Below, one piece after another: positions 36,507 to 46,383 of a DNA stretch of 49,486 nucleotides. Location: the NCBI GenBank assembly GCA_039208735.1, contig JBCCQY010000054.1, positions 1-49,486 on the forward strand, given 5' to 3'. Below the pieces are notes generated by a model. The model was not told the DNA's origin and ran no database searches. It saw nothing but the letters and a program-made list of their open reading frames with translations. The translations under genes and the position numbers were made by a program. How positions within the stretch are numbered: position 1 is the first letter of the stretch; the number at the start of each line of letters is the position of its first letter. This DNA comes from Myxococcota bacterium. GTDB lineage: Bacteria; Myxococcota_A; UBA796; GCA-2862545.

Positions 36507-38030
36507 TCAGGAAGCGGTGGGGCTTGGGGTTGGCAGTCGTACCCAGAACCGGCTGCCTTCCCCAGGGGCGCTCTCCACGTGGACGGAACCGCCCATCATC
36601 TCGGCGAGACGCCGCACGATGGTCAGACCCAAACCCGTACCGCCGTACTTGCTTTGGACACCCAAATCCGCCTGGCGGAAGGCTTCGAAAATGCGACGGT
36701 GCGCTTCGCGAGGAATGCCGATGCCGGTGTCTTGAACCTCAAGGACGCGATGATTATCCTGGTCATACGCCCGTAAGGTGACCTTTCCGTCCGCGGTGAA
36801 CCGACACGCGTTCGACCCGAGGTTGAAGAGGATTTGGCGGAGGCGAAGGGGGTCTCCGTAAAGCGGACGCTCGGTCTTGACCTCAATGTCGAGCGCACAG
36901 TTGTTCTTTGCGGCCTGCGGCAACAGATTGGCTTGGACTTGTTGGAACAGCTCCCCCACGTCGAGCCATTTGGGTGACAGTTTGATCTGTCCTGAGGACA
37001 GCTTGGAAAGGTCGAGAACTTCGTCGATCAGCTGCAAAAGGTGATGGGCGGCCTCGAGAACCCGCACACTGTCTTCCAGTGCGGGGGGGCGGTCCTCCGC
37101 GATCTCTTCCTTCATGAGCTCGGTGTAGCCGATGATGGCGTTTAGGGGGGTGCGCAACTCGTGGCTCATGTTGGCCACGAAGCCATCCTTGACCTCGTTT
37201 GCGAACTGGGCCTCGTCACGGGCAGCGCGGGTTCGAGCCAGCGCCTCGCTCAATTCGACATTGCGCTGGTGAAGCGTGACCTGGAGTTGATGGATATCGC
37301 CTTGGGCCCTGGATAGTTGTTGCATGACGTCCGAGAGCGTTTTCCCAAGGTCGGCGAACTCATTGTCATCGAGCGTGACCGGCTGGTTGAGTTGGCCACG
37401 ACCAATGCGAAGTGCACCCTCCTTCAGCTCGTTGAGGCTCCGCCGCATCGTTCGCGTCAGTCCCATCCCCACAAAGATCGTCACCATGCACCCAGCAAGC
37501 CCAGTGACGCTGGTAAACAGGATGCCCGTCCATAGCGGGCCCGAAAGCGTGGCGCTCGCCTCTGCGAGTTCCTCTCGTTCTTCCTCGATCCAGGCGTCGA
37601 TGAGCCCTTCCCGCGTTTCGAACAACAGGTCGAGCGACTCCACTTGGTCGGCATCGAGTTGCCGGATGCGTTGGTTTATCGAACGGAGTTCGGGGAGGTA
37701 CTCGGTCGCTTCGAGTGCTTCTTCTTCGTCGTCATTTCCGACGAGTTCGAGTTCCGCTTCGGTCGTCGTGGCGATGTCGTTGACCGCGTCATCGACCTGG
37801 GCCCGCACCTCGACGAGCAGGGCGTCCTCACCAACGGCGACCGCAAGCCGACGTTCGACCGCCGCAAAGTGCGCGAGCTGCTCGAGGGCCAGCGCCTGCT
37901 GGTAGCTCGCGTTCGTACGGTCGAGGTAGGTCACGGTGCTCCGTGAACTCCACACCAATCCCAAGGTCGTCGCCGCGGTGATGAGGGCTGCGATGGCAAT
38001 CACGAGCTGGATGCGTGTGAGGATCCTCAT
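36507..38030 (-). CDS. Sensor histidine kinase (2 TM, HAMP, HisKA, HATPase)
   Basis: H-box ANMSHELRTPLNAIIG, N-box RLRQILFNLGSNA, DTGIGI and GGTGLGL. Confidence 0.95.
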   Translation of the reverse strand: MRILTRIQLVIAIAALITAATTLGLVWSSRSTVTYLDRTNASYQQALALEQLAHFAAVERRLAVAVGEDALLVEVRAQVDDAVNDIATTTEAELELVGNDDEEEALEATEYLPELRSINQRIRQLDADQVESLDLLFETREGLIDAWIEEEREELAEASATLSGPLWTGILFTSVTGLAGCMVTIFVGMGLTRTMRRSLNELKEGALRIGRGQLNQPVTLDDNEFADLGKTLSDVMQQLSRAQGDIHQLQVTLHQRNVELSEALARTRAARDEAQFANEVKDGFVANMSHELRTPLNAIIGYTELMKEEIAEDRPPALEDSVRVLEAAHHLLQLIDEVLDLSKLSSGQIKLSPKWLDVGELFQQVQANLLPQAAKNNCALDIEVKTERPLYGDPLRLRQILFNLGSNACRFTADGKVTLRAYDQDNHRVLEVQDTGIGIPREAHRRIFEAFRQADLGVQSKYGGTGLGLTIVRRLAEMMGGSVHVESAPGEGSRFWVRLPTPSPTAS

Positions 38031-38656
38031 TCGTCGTCGTCCTCTTTGCCGCCGAGTTCAACCGTGAGCTGGCCCCCAACGCCGGTCAGCCAGGCCTCCT
38101 CTTGACGCTCGGCCCGCACTGCGAGACCGAGCTCGACCCGTTCAACCGGATGGTAGCGCAGCCCTCCGGCACCTCCACCCTCCCCAAACGGAGAGATGCG
38201 CCCCTCTACAAACGGGACGAGTGCCCCCGCAGGCCCCATCACGCCGAGACCGAACGTGGGCTCGATGTCTTCACCAAACTCGACTCCGGCTTCGGCGACG
38301 AATTCGATGGGCCCGGTGCCAAAGGAGACATCGAGGAGCGTTTCGACTCCGTCATACGTCCAGTTGGACCATTCCACGCCGCCGAGCAACGCGACTCGGG
38401 TGCGGTCGCTCCGAAACAACAGCACGCCGGCTTCCAGTTCGAAGGAATCGCCCGACCAGGCCACTCCGATCTGGGTGCCTTCCACCAAGCCAAGCTCCGC
38501 CAACAGGGTGCCCTCGGCCCGACCAGACGTGAAGAGTTGCCCCTGGGCCGTAAGCTGCAGTTCAAGGGGGCCTTGAAGGTAGGGGTTCTCGATGAGTTCG
38601 AACTCCTGCAACGGTCCTTCGTCGGCCTGCGCTAGATGCAGCAATAGCAGCCACAC
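38027..38656 (-). CDS. Hypothetical exported protein, outer-membrane beta-barrel-like
   Basis: Short signal MWLLLLHLAQA and alternating Gly/aromatic beta strands. RBS GGAGG. ATGA overlap with the kinase. Confidence 0.6.
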   Translation of the reverse strand: MWLLLLHLAQADEGPLQEFELIENPYLQGPLELQLTAQGQLFTSGRAEGTLLAELGLVEGTQIGVAWSGDSFELEAGVLLFRSDRTRVALLGGVEWSNWTYDGVETLLDVSFGTGPIEFVAEAGVEFGEDIEPTFGLGVMGPAGALVPFVEGRISPFGEGGGAGGLRYHPVERVELGLAVRAERQEEAWLTGVGGQLTVELGGKEDDDE

Positions 38657-38816
38657 GGTACCCTCCGGCCCCTGGGGGCCCACCGAATAGCACACCCCAC
38701 TTGCCACGAGGGGGTGAATCGACGTTGGTGGCAGACTTCGAAGGTGATCGGAGACCCAGGGAACTGCGACACACGATCGCATTCGTCAAGCAGAGTAGGG
38801 TCGCGCAGGGGCAACG

Positions 38817-39413
38817 ATGGCAGACGATGTGTGGAAGGCCGGTGAGCAGGACGCCCGGTCACGGAGCGGAGGGACCCGGTTGGCGCTGTACCTGATCGGT
38901 GGGGCCGCCCCGCTCGTCGCCTTGTGTGTGGGGGGGAGTCAGCAGCAGAGCACATCATGGTTGTGGATCGGATTTGTCGGGATGGCGGTTTGTGCCGGGT
39001 GGTCAGGGGTCCTGCTCGCGCGGGAGTCGGACGCAGGCTCCCGATCCATCTTGGCGACCGCCCTTCTGTTCACGTCCATCGCCAACTCGCCCTTGTTCGC
39101 GTTGGTGGGAGCGTCGTTGGCTGCGTTCGTTTTCCTTGCACCCGAGGAGTACCCGCCAGAGATTTCCGTAGCGCAACTGCAGACGAGTGTGTTCGTTTTG
39201 GCGGTGTGGTCGCTCATCTTGGGCGTCAGCTATTTCGTGGCCACGTGGGTCGCGACGACGCTAGGCGTGCAAGCGTCCCGCCGCGGTGCATTCGCCGGTC
39301 GTCCCGGGCTACTCGGCAGCTATGCCGGGGTGTTGTTGATGGTTGCCGTTGGCATGGCGGTGGGTGCGCGCGCCGCGCTCGACGCGCTCTTGGCAACCCT
39401 TGTGTTGCCTTAG
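38817..39413 (+). CDS. Hypothetical integral membrane protein (about 5 TM)
   Basis: Multiple hydrophobic helices. Confidence 0.7.
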   Translation: MADDVWKAGEQDARSRSGGTRLALYLIGGAAPLVALCVGGSQQQSTSWLWIGFVGMAVCAGWSGVLLARESDAGSRSILATALLFTSIANSPLFALVGASLAAFVFLAPEEYPPEISVAQLQTSVFVLAVWSLILGVSYFVATWVATTLGVQASRRGAFAGRPGLLGSYAGVLLMVAVGMAVGARAALDALLATLVLP

Positions 39414-40120
39414 TCGGTCGGTCCCTCCAACAATGCCTTCAACCGGTCCGCCTCGAGTGGCTCCTCGCCCTTCATGGAACGGGTCAGGTTCAACGTGAAG
39501 AGCAAGGTTCTCTCCCCTTCTTCGGTGTTGTAGTCGACGTTGCTATCCTGAGGGACGTCCGCCGAGACTTGTTTGAGCAAGGCCGTTTGATCGAACTTCC
39601 AGCCATCGGACTCTCGCACGAAGGGCAGCACGAACTGAGCGGGATCCATGGGGATCGATGCCATTGCGTGGTCGTCATCTAGCAGCTTCACCGTGGCGAG
39701 CTCCGGAATCGCCTGGGCAAGTCCAGGATCGACGAATCTTGGATCAGCCGACAGACCTTGAAAGGCGGTTCCTTTCAGGTCGTTTAGCGATGCTCGATTG
39801 TGTCGAGTGCGTAACAACAGCACCATGAGGAAATCCATGGGAGGAAGCGCGACCAGTTCGTCCTTGGGCAGCTCCAGTGCGTTGGTCACGATGGTCTCGT
39901 AGTACTGAAGAATTGGGCCATCCACGAGTTTGGCCATGGCCGTCCCGTCCTGGGCGAGCATGGCGGTACGGTAGGCCTGATAGGCAGCCCGTACCTGCTC
40001 TTCCACGGTGTCTTCTTCCGCTGCTTGGGGCGCCGGTTCCGCCGCGGCGCGTGCGGGGTGGTCGCTACGACCAGCCCAATCGAACGATGAGCCCAAAGCC
40101 AGGTTCAAAAGGCCCGTCAT
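39410..40120 (-). CDS. Hypothetical protein (NTF2-like/DUF4878-like), 5' end uncertain or truncated
   Basis: VRAAYQAYRTAMLAQDG..MAKLV...LPFVRESDGWKFD pattern. No clean start: ATG 40120 overlaps the vWA gene and GTG 40006 lacks a signal peptide. Confidence 0.6.
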   Translation of the reverse strand: MTGLLNLALGSSFDWAGRSDHPARAAAEPAPQAAEEDTVEEQVRAAYQAYRTAMLAQDGTAMAKLVDGPILQYYETIVTNALELPKDELVALPPMDFLMVLLLRTRHNRASLNDLKGTAFQGLSADPRFVDPGLAQAIPELATVKLLDDDHAMASIPMDPAQFVLPFVRESDGWKFDQTALLKQVSADVPQDSNVDYNTEEGERTLLFTLNLTRSMKGEEPLEADRLKALLEGPTD

Positions 40121-41330
40121 GTGGAATCGCCCACACGGTGGGCACGTCGGGACGCCGCGAAGGAAGATCCCCTTGCCCGTCGGTGAAGTAGACCAATCCA
40201 TCGACGTCGCGGGTGTCGGTTTCGGCAAACGCAGGGCTGAAATTGGTGTCTCCACCACCGAGAAACGTCCCCAGGTTGCTCCGCAAGGGTCCGATCCGTT
40301 GAATTGCGGCGTCCACTTCCACCACGATCAGCTGGGCGTGCGGCGCAAGAGCGCGGAGTTCAGTCGCAACGCGATCGAGGGTGGTGCCGTGCATGCTGGC
40401 GGATGTGTCGATGGCCACCAACAAGCGCGGTTTTGGAGGACGGCGCGACCGACCCGGAATCTCCCCCATTCGGTTCCGAAATCGTCGATTGGGGCGTCGG
40501 TAGTCGGGCTGGACGCGCCGCTGCGCAGACAGGGCTTGTTTGAGGACGGACCCCCAATTCACGGTAGGGCCTGTCGCGGTCGCCAAGACCACGCGTTCGC
40601 GCGTGCCCGGTCGACGGATTCCTCCCTCGGCTGGGTCGTCGAGTCCGCCCGGCTCTCCCCCGAGATGTTGGGCGATGGCTTGTTTCATCTCGGCGAGGAT
40701 CGAATGCGGACTGGGAGGACCAAGACCGCGGAGCCACTGCCCGCGGTCTGCATGATGGGTGGCCTCTCGATCGATGAGGTCGCCAAGGCCGGGATGGGGG
40801 AGGCCGAGGTCTCGTGGCCGATGCAGGTCCCACAGACCGGCCTGCCAACCTGCGGATTTTTCGACCTGGAGGCGTCCTGAACGCTGGGCTTCCACGAGCA
40901 ACCGGTAGCGGTCTAAAGTGCTCTGCCCGGGGGCCAGGCCGAAGCGCGCGAGCCGCTCTACCGTGATCGGATAGGGAGGGAGGGCTTCTCCAATGCCCTC
41001 ATTCGCCGATACCTCCATGGCGATTTCCATGAGGCGAGGATGCTGGACGGCATGAAATGGCTGATGGGTGAGGTGACCCAACACTACGTGTTGCAGCTCA
41101 TGGAGCAAGACACCTGCGAACCAGTCAGGATGCGTGGCGAAGTAGGGCCGGTTGACGAGCAGCACAATGCGGGACCGGGGGTTGGTGAACTGTCGCAGGG
41201 TCACCGCCATGACCGGAACGCGATCGTGGGCCACGGGGTCCATTCTCGCCATCGTCCCTACATGATGGGGGTACTTCTCGAAGAAGCGAGAGGTCTTCAA
41301 CCGCGCAACGAACCAGGGCGGCGGCCGCAT
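40065..41330 (-). CDS. DUF2201-type HEXXH metallopeptidase plus vWA-like domain protein
   Basis: GVLLHELQHVVLGH, YRRPNRR, MIDAS VAIDTSASM, GGGDTNFSPAF and VYFTDG motifs. Confidence 0.9.
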   Translation of the reverse strand: MRPPPWFVARLKTSRFFEKYPHHVGTMARMDPVAHDRVPVMAVTLRQFTNPRSRIVLLVNRPYFATHPDWFAGVLLHELQHVVLGHLTHQPFHAVQHPRLMEIAMEVSANEGIGEALPPYPITVERLARFGLAPGQSTLDRYRLLVEAQRSGRLQVEKSAGWQAGLWDLHRPRDLGLPHPGLGDLIDREATHHADRGQWLRGLGPPSPHSILAEMKQAIAQHLGGEPGGLDDPAEGGIRRPGTRERVVLATATGPTVNWGSVLKQALSAQRRVQPDYRRPNRRFRNRMGEIPGRSRRPPKPRLLVAIDTSASMHGTTLDRVATELRALAPHAQLIVVEVDAAIQRIGPLRSNLGTFLGGGDTNFSPAFAETDTRDVDGLVYFTDGQGDLPSRRPDVPTVWAIPHDGPFEPGFGLIVRLGWS

Positions 41331-42637
41331 CAGGCGTCTCGTCGGGGTGCCAGGCCCCGAGCCGTGAGCATTCGGCCAAGGTCGTCGCCGAACGGGCCTA
41401 AATCCCTCATCAGGCGGGTCAACGCGGCCGGATCGAGCGCACCGTCGGGGGACGCCTCCGCAACCTGTCGGACGGCGGTGGCCACGAGACGAAGTCGATG
41501 CTCCGTCAAGGCGTCACGCCACTCGCGGATCTGCTGGGCTACCGCAGGGTCGTAGTGACGCAACAGGGCCGCTGCATCGATCCCCAATTCGGTGAGCAAC
41601 GTCGTCGCCGCGGCAGACTGGGCTGCCGCTCGGAGGCACTGCTCACGGAGGTCGCCAGGCAGGCCGGCCAGTCGTGTTTCGAGGGCTTCGAGGGTCAGCG
41701 TTCCCGCCTCGACGTGCTGGTGGAAGGCCGGGCTCTGTAGGGCATGGCGAAGTTGCGTGGCGACGAGGGCCAAGGTGTCGATGCGGCGCGCTTTGAACCA
41801 TTCGTTGAGTTGGTGAGCGAGTTGGCGGGCCGCAGCAGCGTCGACCAGATCCGCAAGGCCTACCGACACCGTTGGGGTCTGCGCGAGCAGAGTTTTGGTC
41901 AGGGTCAAGGCCCAAGGGACAGGGAGATAGCCCGCAAGTGCGGCGCTGATGAGGTGGGGACGTTCAAAATCCGCGGGGCCCAAGGTCAGCAATAGGTCCG
42001 AAGCATACGTCCACGACCGTGGCGATGTGGTTTCAAATGCGTCGGGGTGCTGGTCGATGAGTTCGATGATGACGGGGTGCACGCCGTGGTCTTGGGCCCA
42101 CCGCACCCAAGGGGCCCGGTCGGCGGTGACGTGAAGTTGAAGAAACCGGGAGCGCAATGCGGGATCGAGGCGATGTACCTGGTAGTCACCGTCCTCGGGA
42201 TTGATCGCGGCGATGCAGCTCCAGCCTTCGGGCAGCGTATAACTGTGCAGGCGTCGCGCCGACAGCAGCTGCAGGGCGGGCTGCATGACAGGAATTTCGG
42301 CGCGATTCAGCTCTTCGAGGAGAAGCACCCCGCGGCCTGCCGTGGGGAGTTCGGCAGGAGCGGCATAGGTCGTACGCCCTCCTTCGACGACGGGCAGCCC
42401 GATAAGGTCTGGAGGCTCGAGGAGACTCAGGTCGAGTACCACGATGTCGATGCCGGCCGTGGCGGCAAAGGTGGCTACGATTTGACTCTTGCCAATACCG
42501 GTTCGGCCTTCGAGCAACAAGGGGCGTCGGGCCCGATACGCCCAGTCCAGCACTTCGAGGACGTCGGGTCCGATGGGGAGGCTTAACGCCGGGGGGGCTT
42601 CTTGGGGGCGAGGGGCGCCGGGACGCGGCCGACTCAT
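41330..42637 (-). CDS. MoxR-like AAA+ ATPase (AAA_5) with helical C-terminal extension
   Basis: Walker A GRTGIGKS, LEPPDLIGLP, Walker B LLLEELNRA, AAINP, LDPALRSRF and SPRSW motifs. Confidence 0.92.
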   Translation of the reverse strand: MSRPRPGAPRPQEAPPALSLPIGPDVLEVLDWAYRARRPLLLEGRTGIGKSQIVATFAATAGIDIVVLDLSLLEPPDLIGLPVVEGGRTTYAAPAELPTAGRGVLLLEELNRAEIPVMQPALQLLSARRLHSYTLPEGWSCIAAINPEDGDYQVHRLDPALRSRFLQLHVTADRAPWVRWAQDHGVHPVIIELIDQHPDAFETTSPRSWTYASDLLLTLGPADFERPHLISAALAGYLPVPWALTLTKTLLAQTPTVSVGLADLVDAAAARQLAHQLNEWFKARRIDTLALVATQLRHALQSPAFHQHVEAGTLTLEALETRLAGLPGDLREQCLRAAAQSAAATTLLTELGIDAAALLRHYDPAVAQQIREWRDALTEHRLRLVATAVRQVAEASPDGALDPAALTRLMRDLGPFGDDLGRMLTARGLAPRRDA

Positions 42638-42969
42638 GGAAGGGCTCCAGCTTCGCGCCCTACGTAGTGCAGGGCGAAGGGTTGGCGGCCGCGGTGGCTA
42701 CCCCACGACCAATGACCGACGATTTCGTAGCCGTCGTACTCGCCCAAGTACAGAATGCTGTGTGCGCCGTGGTAGGTCTTGATCCAGCCCACGCGGACCA
42801 CGGGACCGTCGGTGCGGTAGGCCCCTTCCACGACGAAGCGACCTACGCCGTCGCTGCCCCCGCCACGCATGACGCCATCGGCGAATTCGAGGGTCATCGC
42901 TTGAGGGAAGTCGTGGCCTCCCTGTTGGTAGTGACCCGACCAGCGGCCAGCTTTGAGGTGTGTCTTCAC
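42634..42969 (-). CDS. Small all-beta hypothetical protein (111 aa)
   Basis: Gly/aromatic beta-rich sequence GRWSGHYQQ...GSDGVGRFVVEG...WIKTY.GAH.I.Y.G...I.G.W. Its stop overlaps the ATPase ATG (ATGA). Confidence 0.7.
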   Translation of the reverse strand: MKTHLKAGRWSGHYQQGGHDFPQAMTLEFADGVMRGGGSDGVGRFVVEGAYRTDGPVVRVGWIKTYHGAHSILYLGEYDGYEIVGHWSWGSHRGRQPFALHYVGREAGALP

Positions 42970-43158
42970 TGGATCGTCAACAGCGCAGCTATGGACATCA
43001 AGGTTCGCATGAGAACTCCGCGATGGACTTCGCGACGTTGTCGTATGCGATGGTGCGCATCGCCTGCACAAATTCAACGCTCTTTCCACAATGTGCAAAC
43101 TGCAATGGGAGGACCGGGTACCGCCATTAGGTGGCTTCGGCTTCATGGGGGCGTGATA

Positions 43159-45492
43159 ATGCATTGGTTAGGGCTGTTGTCGTTTGGTTGGATGCTGGGT
43201 TGTCCGGAACCTGTTCCACCGATTGTACCGGATTCGTTTTGCGGAGATGGCATGGTCTCTGGGGAAGAGGCCTGTGACAATGGCGCGGAGAATGCCGACG
43301 ATGCGGCATGTACAACCGCGTGCGTCGAGGCCACGTGTGGGGATGGGTTTCTTCACGTGGGCGTTGAGGCCTGTGACGAAGGGGACGACAACAGTGACAA
43401 CGGGGCTTGTACCGATGCGTGCGTCGAGGCCACGTGTGGTGATGGGAAGCTGCATACGGGCGTCGAAGAGTGCGATGACGGTCCAGGCAATGCCGATACC
43501 GCGGCATGCACCAGTGCCTGCGTCATCGCCACGTGTGGCGATGGGCTCGTCCATGAGGGAGTCGAGCAGTGTGATGAAGGGGCTGACAATGCCGATGATG
43601 GAGCATGCACGACGGATTGCCGGCTCGCCGGATGTGGCGACGGGTTCCTCGAAGAAGGCGTCGAGGAGTGCGACGAGGGTGTGAACAACGCCGACGACGG
43701 AGCCTGTACCACGAGCTGCACCATCGCGACGTGTGGCGATGGCCTCGTGCACTCGGGCGTCGAGGGGTGCGACAACGGCGCGCAAAACGCAGATGACGGT
43801 GCATGCACCACGGCCTGCGCGGTTGCCACGTGCGGTGATGGGTTGCTGCATGCCGGAGTCGAGGAGTGCGACAATGGACCTCAAAACTCCAATAGTGAAG
43901 TTTGCACCCTGGCCTGCACCATTGCTGCATGTGGCGATGGGTTCATCCATGCGGGCGTTGAAGCGTGCGACGACGGCGCGCAGAACGCAGACGATGCAGC
44001 CTGCACCAGTCAGTGTGCCACTGCCACGTGTGGCGATGGGTTGGTGTACGCCGGGGTGGAAGAGTGTGACGACGGAGCCCAAAACGACAACGAGTCGGCC
44101 TGTACCTTGAGCTGTGCGGTGGCGGCGTGCGGGGACGGGTTCCAGTTCAGCGGGGTCGAGGACTGTGATGATGGCAATCGCAACGGGGGCGATGGGTGCA
44201 GCCCACAGTGTGAAAGCCCCATCACACTCGACGTCGACACCATGGCCGACGCCCAGATCATTGGGGCCAGTGATGGGGACCGAGCAGCGTTCGTCGCGCG
44301 GGCCGGCGATGTCAACGGTGACGGTCGTGATGACGTCTTGGTCGGAGCGCCGAGCACAAGCTTTGGGCTGGGCCACGCCTATCTGTTCGAAGGGCCCGTA
44401 CAGGGTCAGCAGGGGGTCGCGGCTTCCGATGCCGACATTCCGGCCTATCCTGGACGCTACGGTCTTGGTGATAGCGCCATGACCGGGGTGGGGGACCTCG
44501 ACGGGGACGGATTCGACGACTTTGCGCTGCGTGCGGGAGGGAATCCGCCTCAGTACGTTTTTGTTGGCTATGGGCCGGTGACGGGTCAGATCGAGCCAGG
44601 CGACCTTCCCGCACGGTTCGCGAGCCAGGTCGATGGCTTTGGCTCGTCCATGAGTGGCCTTGGCGACATCAACAACGATGGTTTTGGTGAACTCATCGTT
44701 GGGGCGCCCTTCGATGGCAAGGTCTTCGTGTTCAACGGGCCCGTGCTTGGGGATCTGGATGAGAGCACGGCGGCAGCGGAGCTTCGCGGCGAAACGGACT
44801 CCGATCAGGCGGGCCGAGCCGTGGCTGGGAGCGACGTCACAGGAGATGGTGTGCCCGACGTTATCGTGGGTGCACCGAGCAATGGCGCTGGTGGCACGGA
44901 TGCCGGAGCCGTCTATGTGGTCGCGGGCCCGGTAGCCGGCTCCATCGACCTCACGAATGCCGATGCCAAGCTGATCGGCGAGAACGCCGATGATCGGGTA
45001 GGCGCGAGCATTGCGGCGGCGGGAGACGTAAATGGCGATGGCTTCAACGATCTGCTCATCGGCGGGTGGTTCTTTGGCGGCGATGAGCGTGGCGCGGCCT
45101 ATGTGGTGTACGGACCCATCTCGGGCACGCTGGACCTCTCCCAGGCCGATGCCATCTTCGAAGGGGTCGCGGTCAACGACCGAGCCGGTGAACGCGTCGC
45201 CGCCGCGGGTGACGTCAATGGCGACGGCTACGACGACCTGCTGATCGCGTCCGATGATGCGGCCTTCACCGCTGGTCGCGCCTACCTCATTTATGGCCCC
45301 GTGTCGGGCACCCACTCCCTGGCCGATGCCGATGTGACCATCGTCGGGGGCAGCGACCGGATGGGCACGTCCGTGGCCGGTGTCGGGGATGTCGACGACG
45401 ATGGGCTCGACGACATCGGTGTGGGCTCGCTGTACGATGGTGCCAATGGCGTGTCAGGAGCTGTTTACCTCATCAATGGGTCCAGCCTCTGA
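43159..45492 (+). CDS. Surface lipoprotein with Myxococcus cysteine-rich repeats and FG-GAP (integrin alpha-like) beta-propeller
   Basis: Lipobox MLGC, ten CGDG...E.CD.G..N....C...C repeats, and about seven GD(V/L)NGDG.DD...GA repeats. Confidence 0.92.
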   Translation: MHWLGLLSFGWMLGCPEPVPPIVPDSFCGDGMVSGEEACDNGAENADDAACTTACVEATCGDGFLHVGVEACDEGDDNSDNGACTDACVEATCGDGKLHTGVEECDDGPGNADTAACTSACVIATCGDGLVHEGVEQCDEGADNADDGACTTDCRLAGCGDGFLEEGVEECDEGVNNADDGACTTSCTIATCGDGLVHSGVEGCDNGAQNADDGACTTACAVATCGDGLLHAGVEECDNGPQNSNSEVCTLACTIAACGDGFIHAGVEACDDGAQNADDAACTSQCATATCGDGLVYAGVEECDDGAQNDNESACTLSCAVAACGDGFQFSGVEDCDDGNRNGGDGCSPQCESPITLDVDTMADAQIIGASDGDRAAFVARAGDVNGDGRDDVLVGAPSTSFGLGHAYLFEGPVQGQQGVAASDADIPAYPGRYGLGDSAMTGVGDLDGDGFDDFALRAGGNPPQYVFVGYGPVTGQIEPGDLPARFASQVDGFGSSMSGLGDINNDGFGELIVGAPFDGKVFVFNGPVLGDLDESTAAAELRGETDSDQAGRAVAGSDVTGDGVPDVIVGAPSNGAGGTDAGAVYVVAGPVAGSIDLTNADAKLIGENADDRVGASIAAAGDVNGDGFNDLLIGGWFFGGDERGAAYVVYGPISGTLDLSQADAIFEGVAVNDRAGERVAAAGDVNGDGYDDLLIASDDAAFTAGRAYLIYGPVSGTHSLADADVTIVGGSDRMGTSVAGVGDVDDDGLDDIGVGSLYDGANGVSGAVYLINGSSL
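43240..44213 (+). repeat. Ten coding ~99-bp Myxococcus Cys-rich repeats
   Basis: 33-aa period, e.g. CGDGLVHEGVEQCDEGADNADDGACTTDCRLAG. DNA motif GCCACGTGTGGCGATGGG recurs. Confidence 0.9.
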
Positions 45493-45495
45493 AGC

Positions 45496-46284
45496 TCAGT
45501 CGAGCAATCCCACCGTACGCGACACGTCGTACTCAATGACGGCGTTTCGCAAGGCTTGGACCCCGGGCTTCAGCTTGTCGAGGTCTTCGCGAAGGGTGCC
45601 CTTCGCGAGGTCGAAGGGGTCGCTGCCGTCCCATTCGTAGACGGCCGTCGACCACCCCGACTCGATGAAGCGCCCGCCTTCGTTCGGGTTGGTGGCATCG
45701 GGGTCGCCGACGTTCGACCACCAGGCCCAGGTGGCGGCGACCGTCTCGAAGGGGACATTGTCGGGAACTTCGCCCTCGAAGGGCGCCGCGGCGACGTACA
45801 CCGTCTTGCCCGGTCCCACTTCTGCCATTCGCACTCGGTCAGCCGGGGTCGCGATGCCGTCGCAGTTGTCGTCCGCTACGCTCAACGTCCACTCCCACAC
45901 GTTCCACGTTTGGGTGGAGAGGCCCTCCAACGTGAAAGGGCCGCCATGGAACGGCGTCGATGTGGCGCTGTAGGTGGTGGTGCAAAGCTGGGTGGCATTC
46001 ATCAAGTCGTTGACCCACAACATTCGCCAACTCGGCGTATCGACGGGACCATTTTCGTCTTCCACGACGATTGGGACGGCGTTCCCGTTCTCATCGACGG
46101 CCACGAAGTTGAGGGCAATGGCGTACTGGAAGAGGTTCCGTTCCTCCATCATCTCGCCCGTGTCGGGGCACGTGCTCGGATCACAACCCGTCTCGGCCGT
46201 GTCGGCGGTCTGCGCCATTTCGTCCACGGTCTCGCCGGTGCACGCCACGCTCATTCCCAACGCGACAATCCCAAATCGCTTCAT
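45496..46284 (-). CDS. Hypothetical lipoprotein
   Basis: Lipoprotein signal MKRFGIVALGMSVAC and RBS GGAGGA. Confidence 0.75.
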   Translation of the reverse strand: MKRFGIVALGMSVACTGETVDEMAQTADTAETGCDPSTCPDTGEMMEERNLFQYAIALNFVAVDENGNAVPIVVEDENGPVDTPSWRMLWVNDLMNATQLCTTTYSATSTPFHGGPFTLEGLSTQTWNVWEWTLSVADDNCDGIATPADRVRMAEVGPGKTVYVAAAPFEGEVPDNVPFETVAATWAWWSNVGDPDATNPNEGGRFIESGWSTAVYEWDGSDPFDLAKGTLREDLDKLKPGVQALRNAVIEYDVSRTVGLLD

Positions 46285-46383
46285 GTCTATCCTCCGCACG
46301 GTGTGACCCTGCTTCCCAAGATGGGTTCCGTACGGAGAGACTTGTTAATGTGTGATTTTGGTAAGGCTGTCCAAAGGGTGCGC

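Noticed and set aside
43240..44213. Regularly spaced repeats as a possible CRISPR array
   Set aside because: The period is a codon multiple (99 bp), the units are degenerate at third positions and encode Cys-rich protein repeats, and no cas genes are present.
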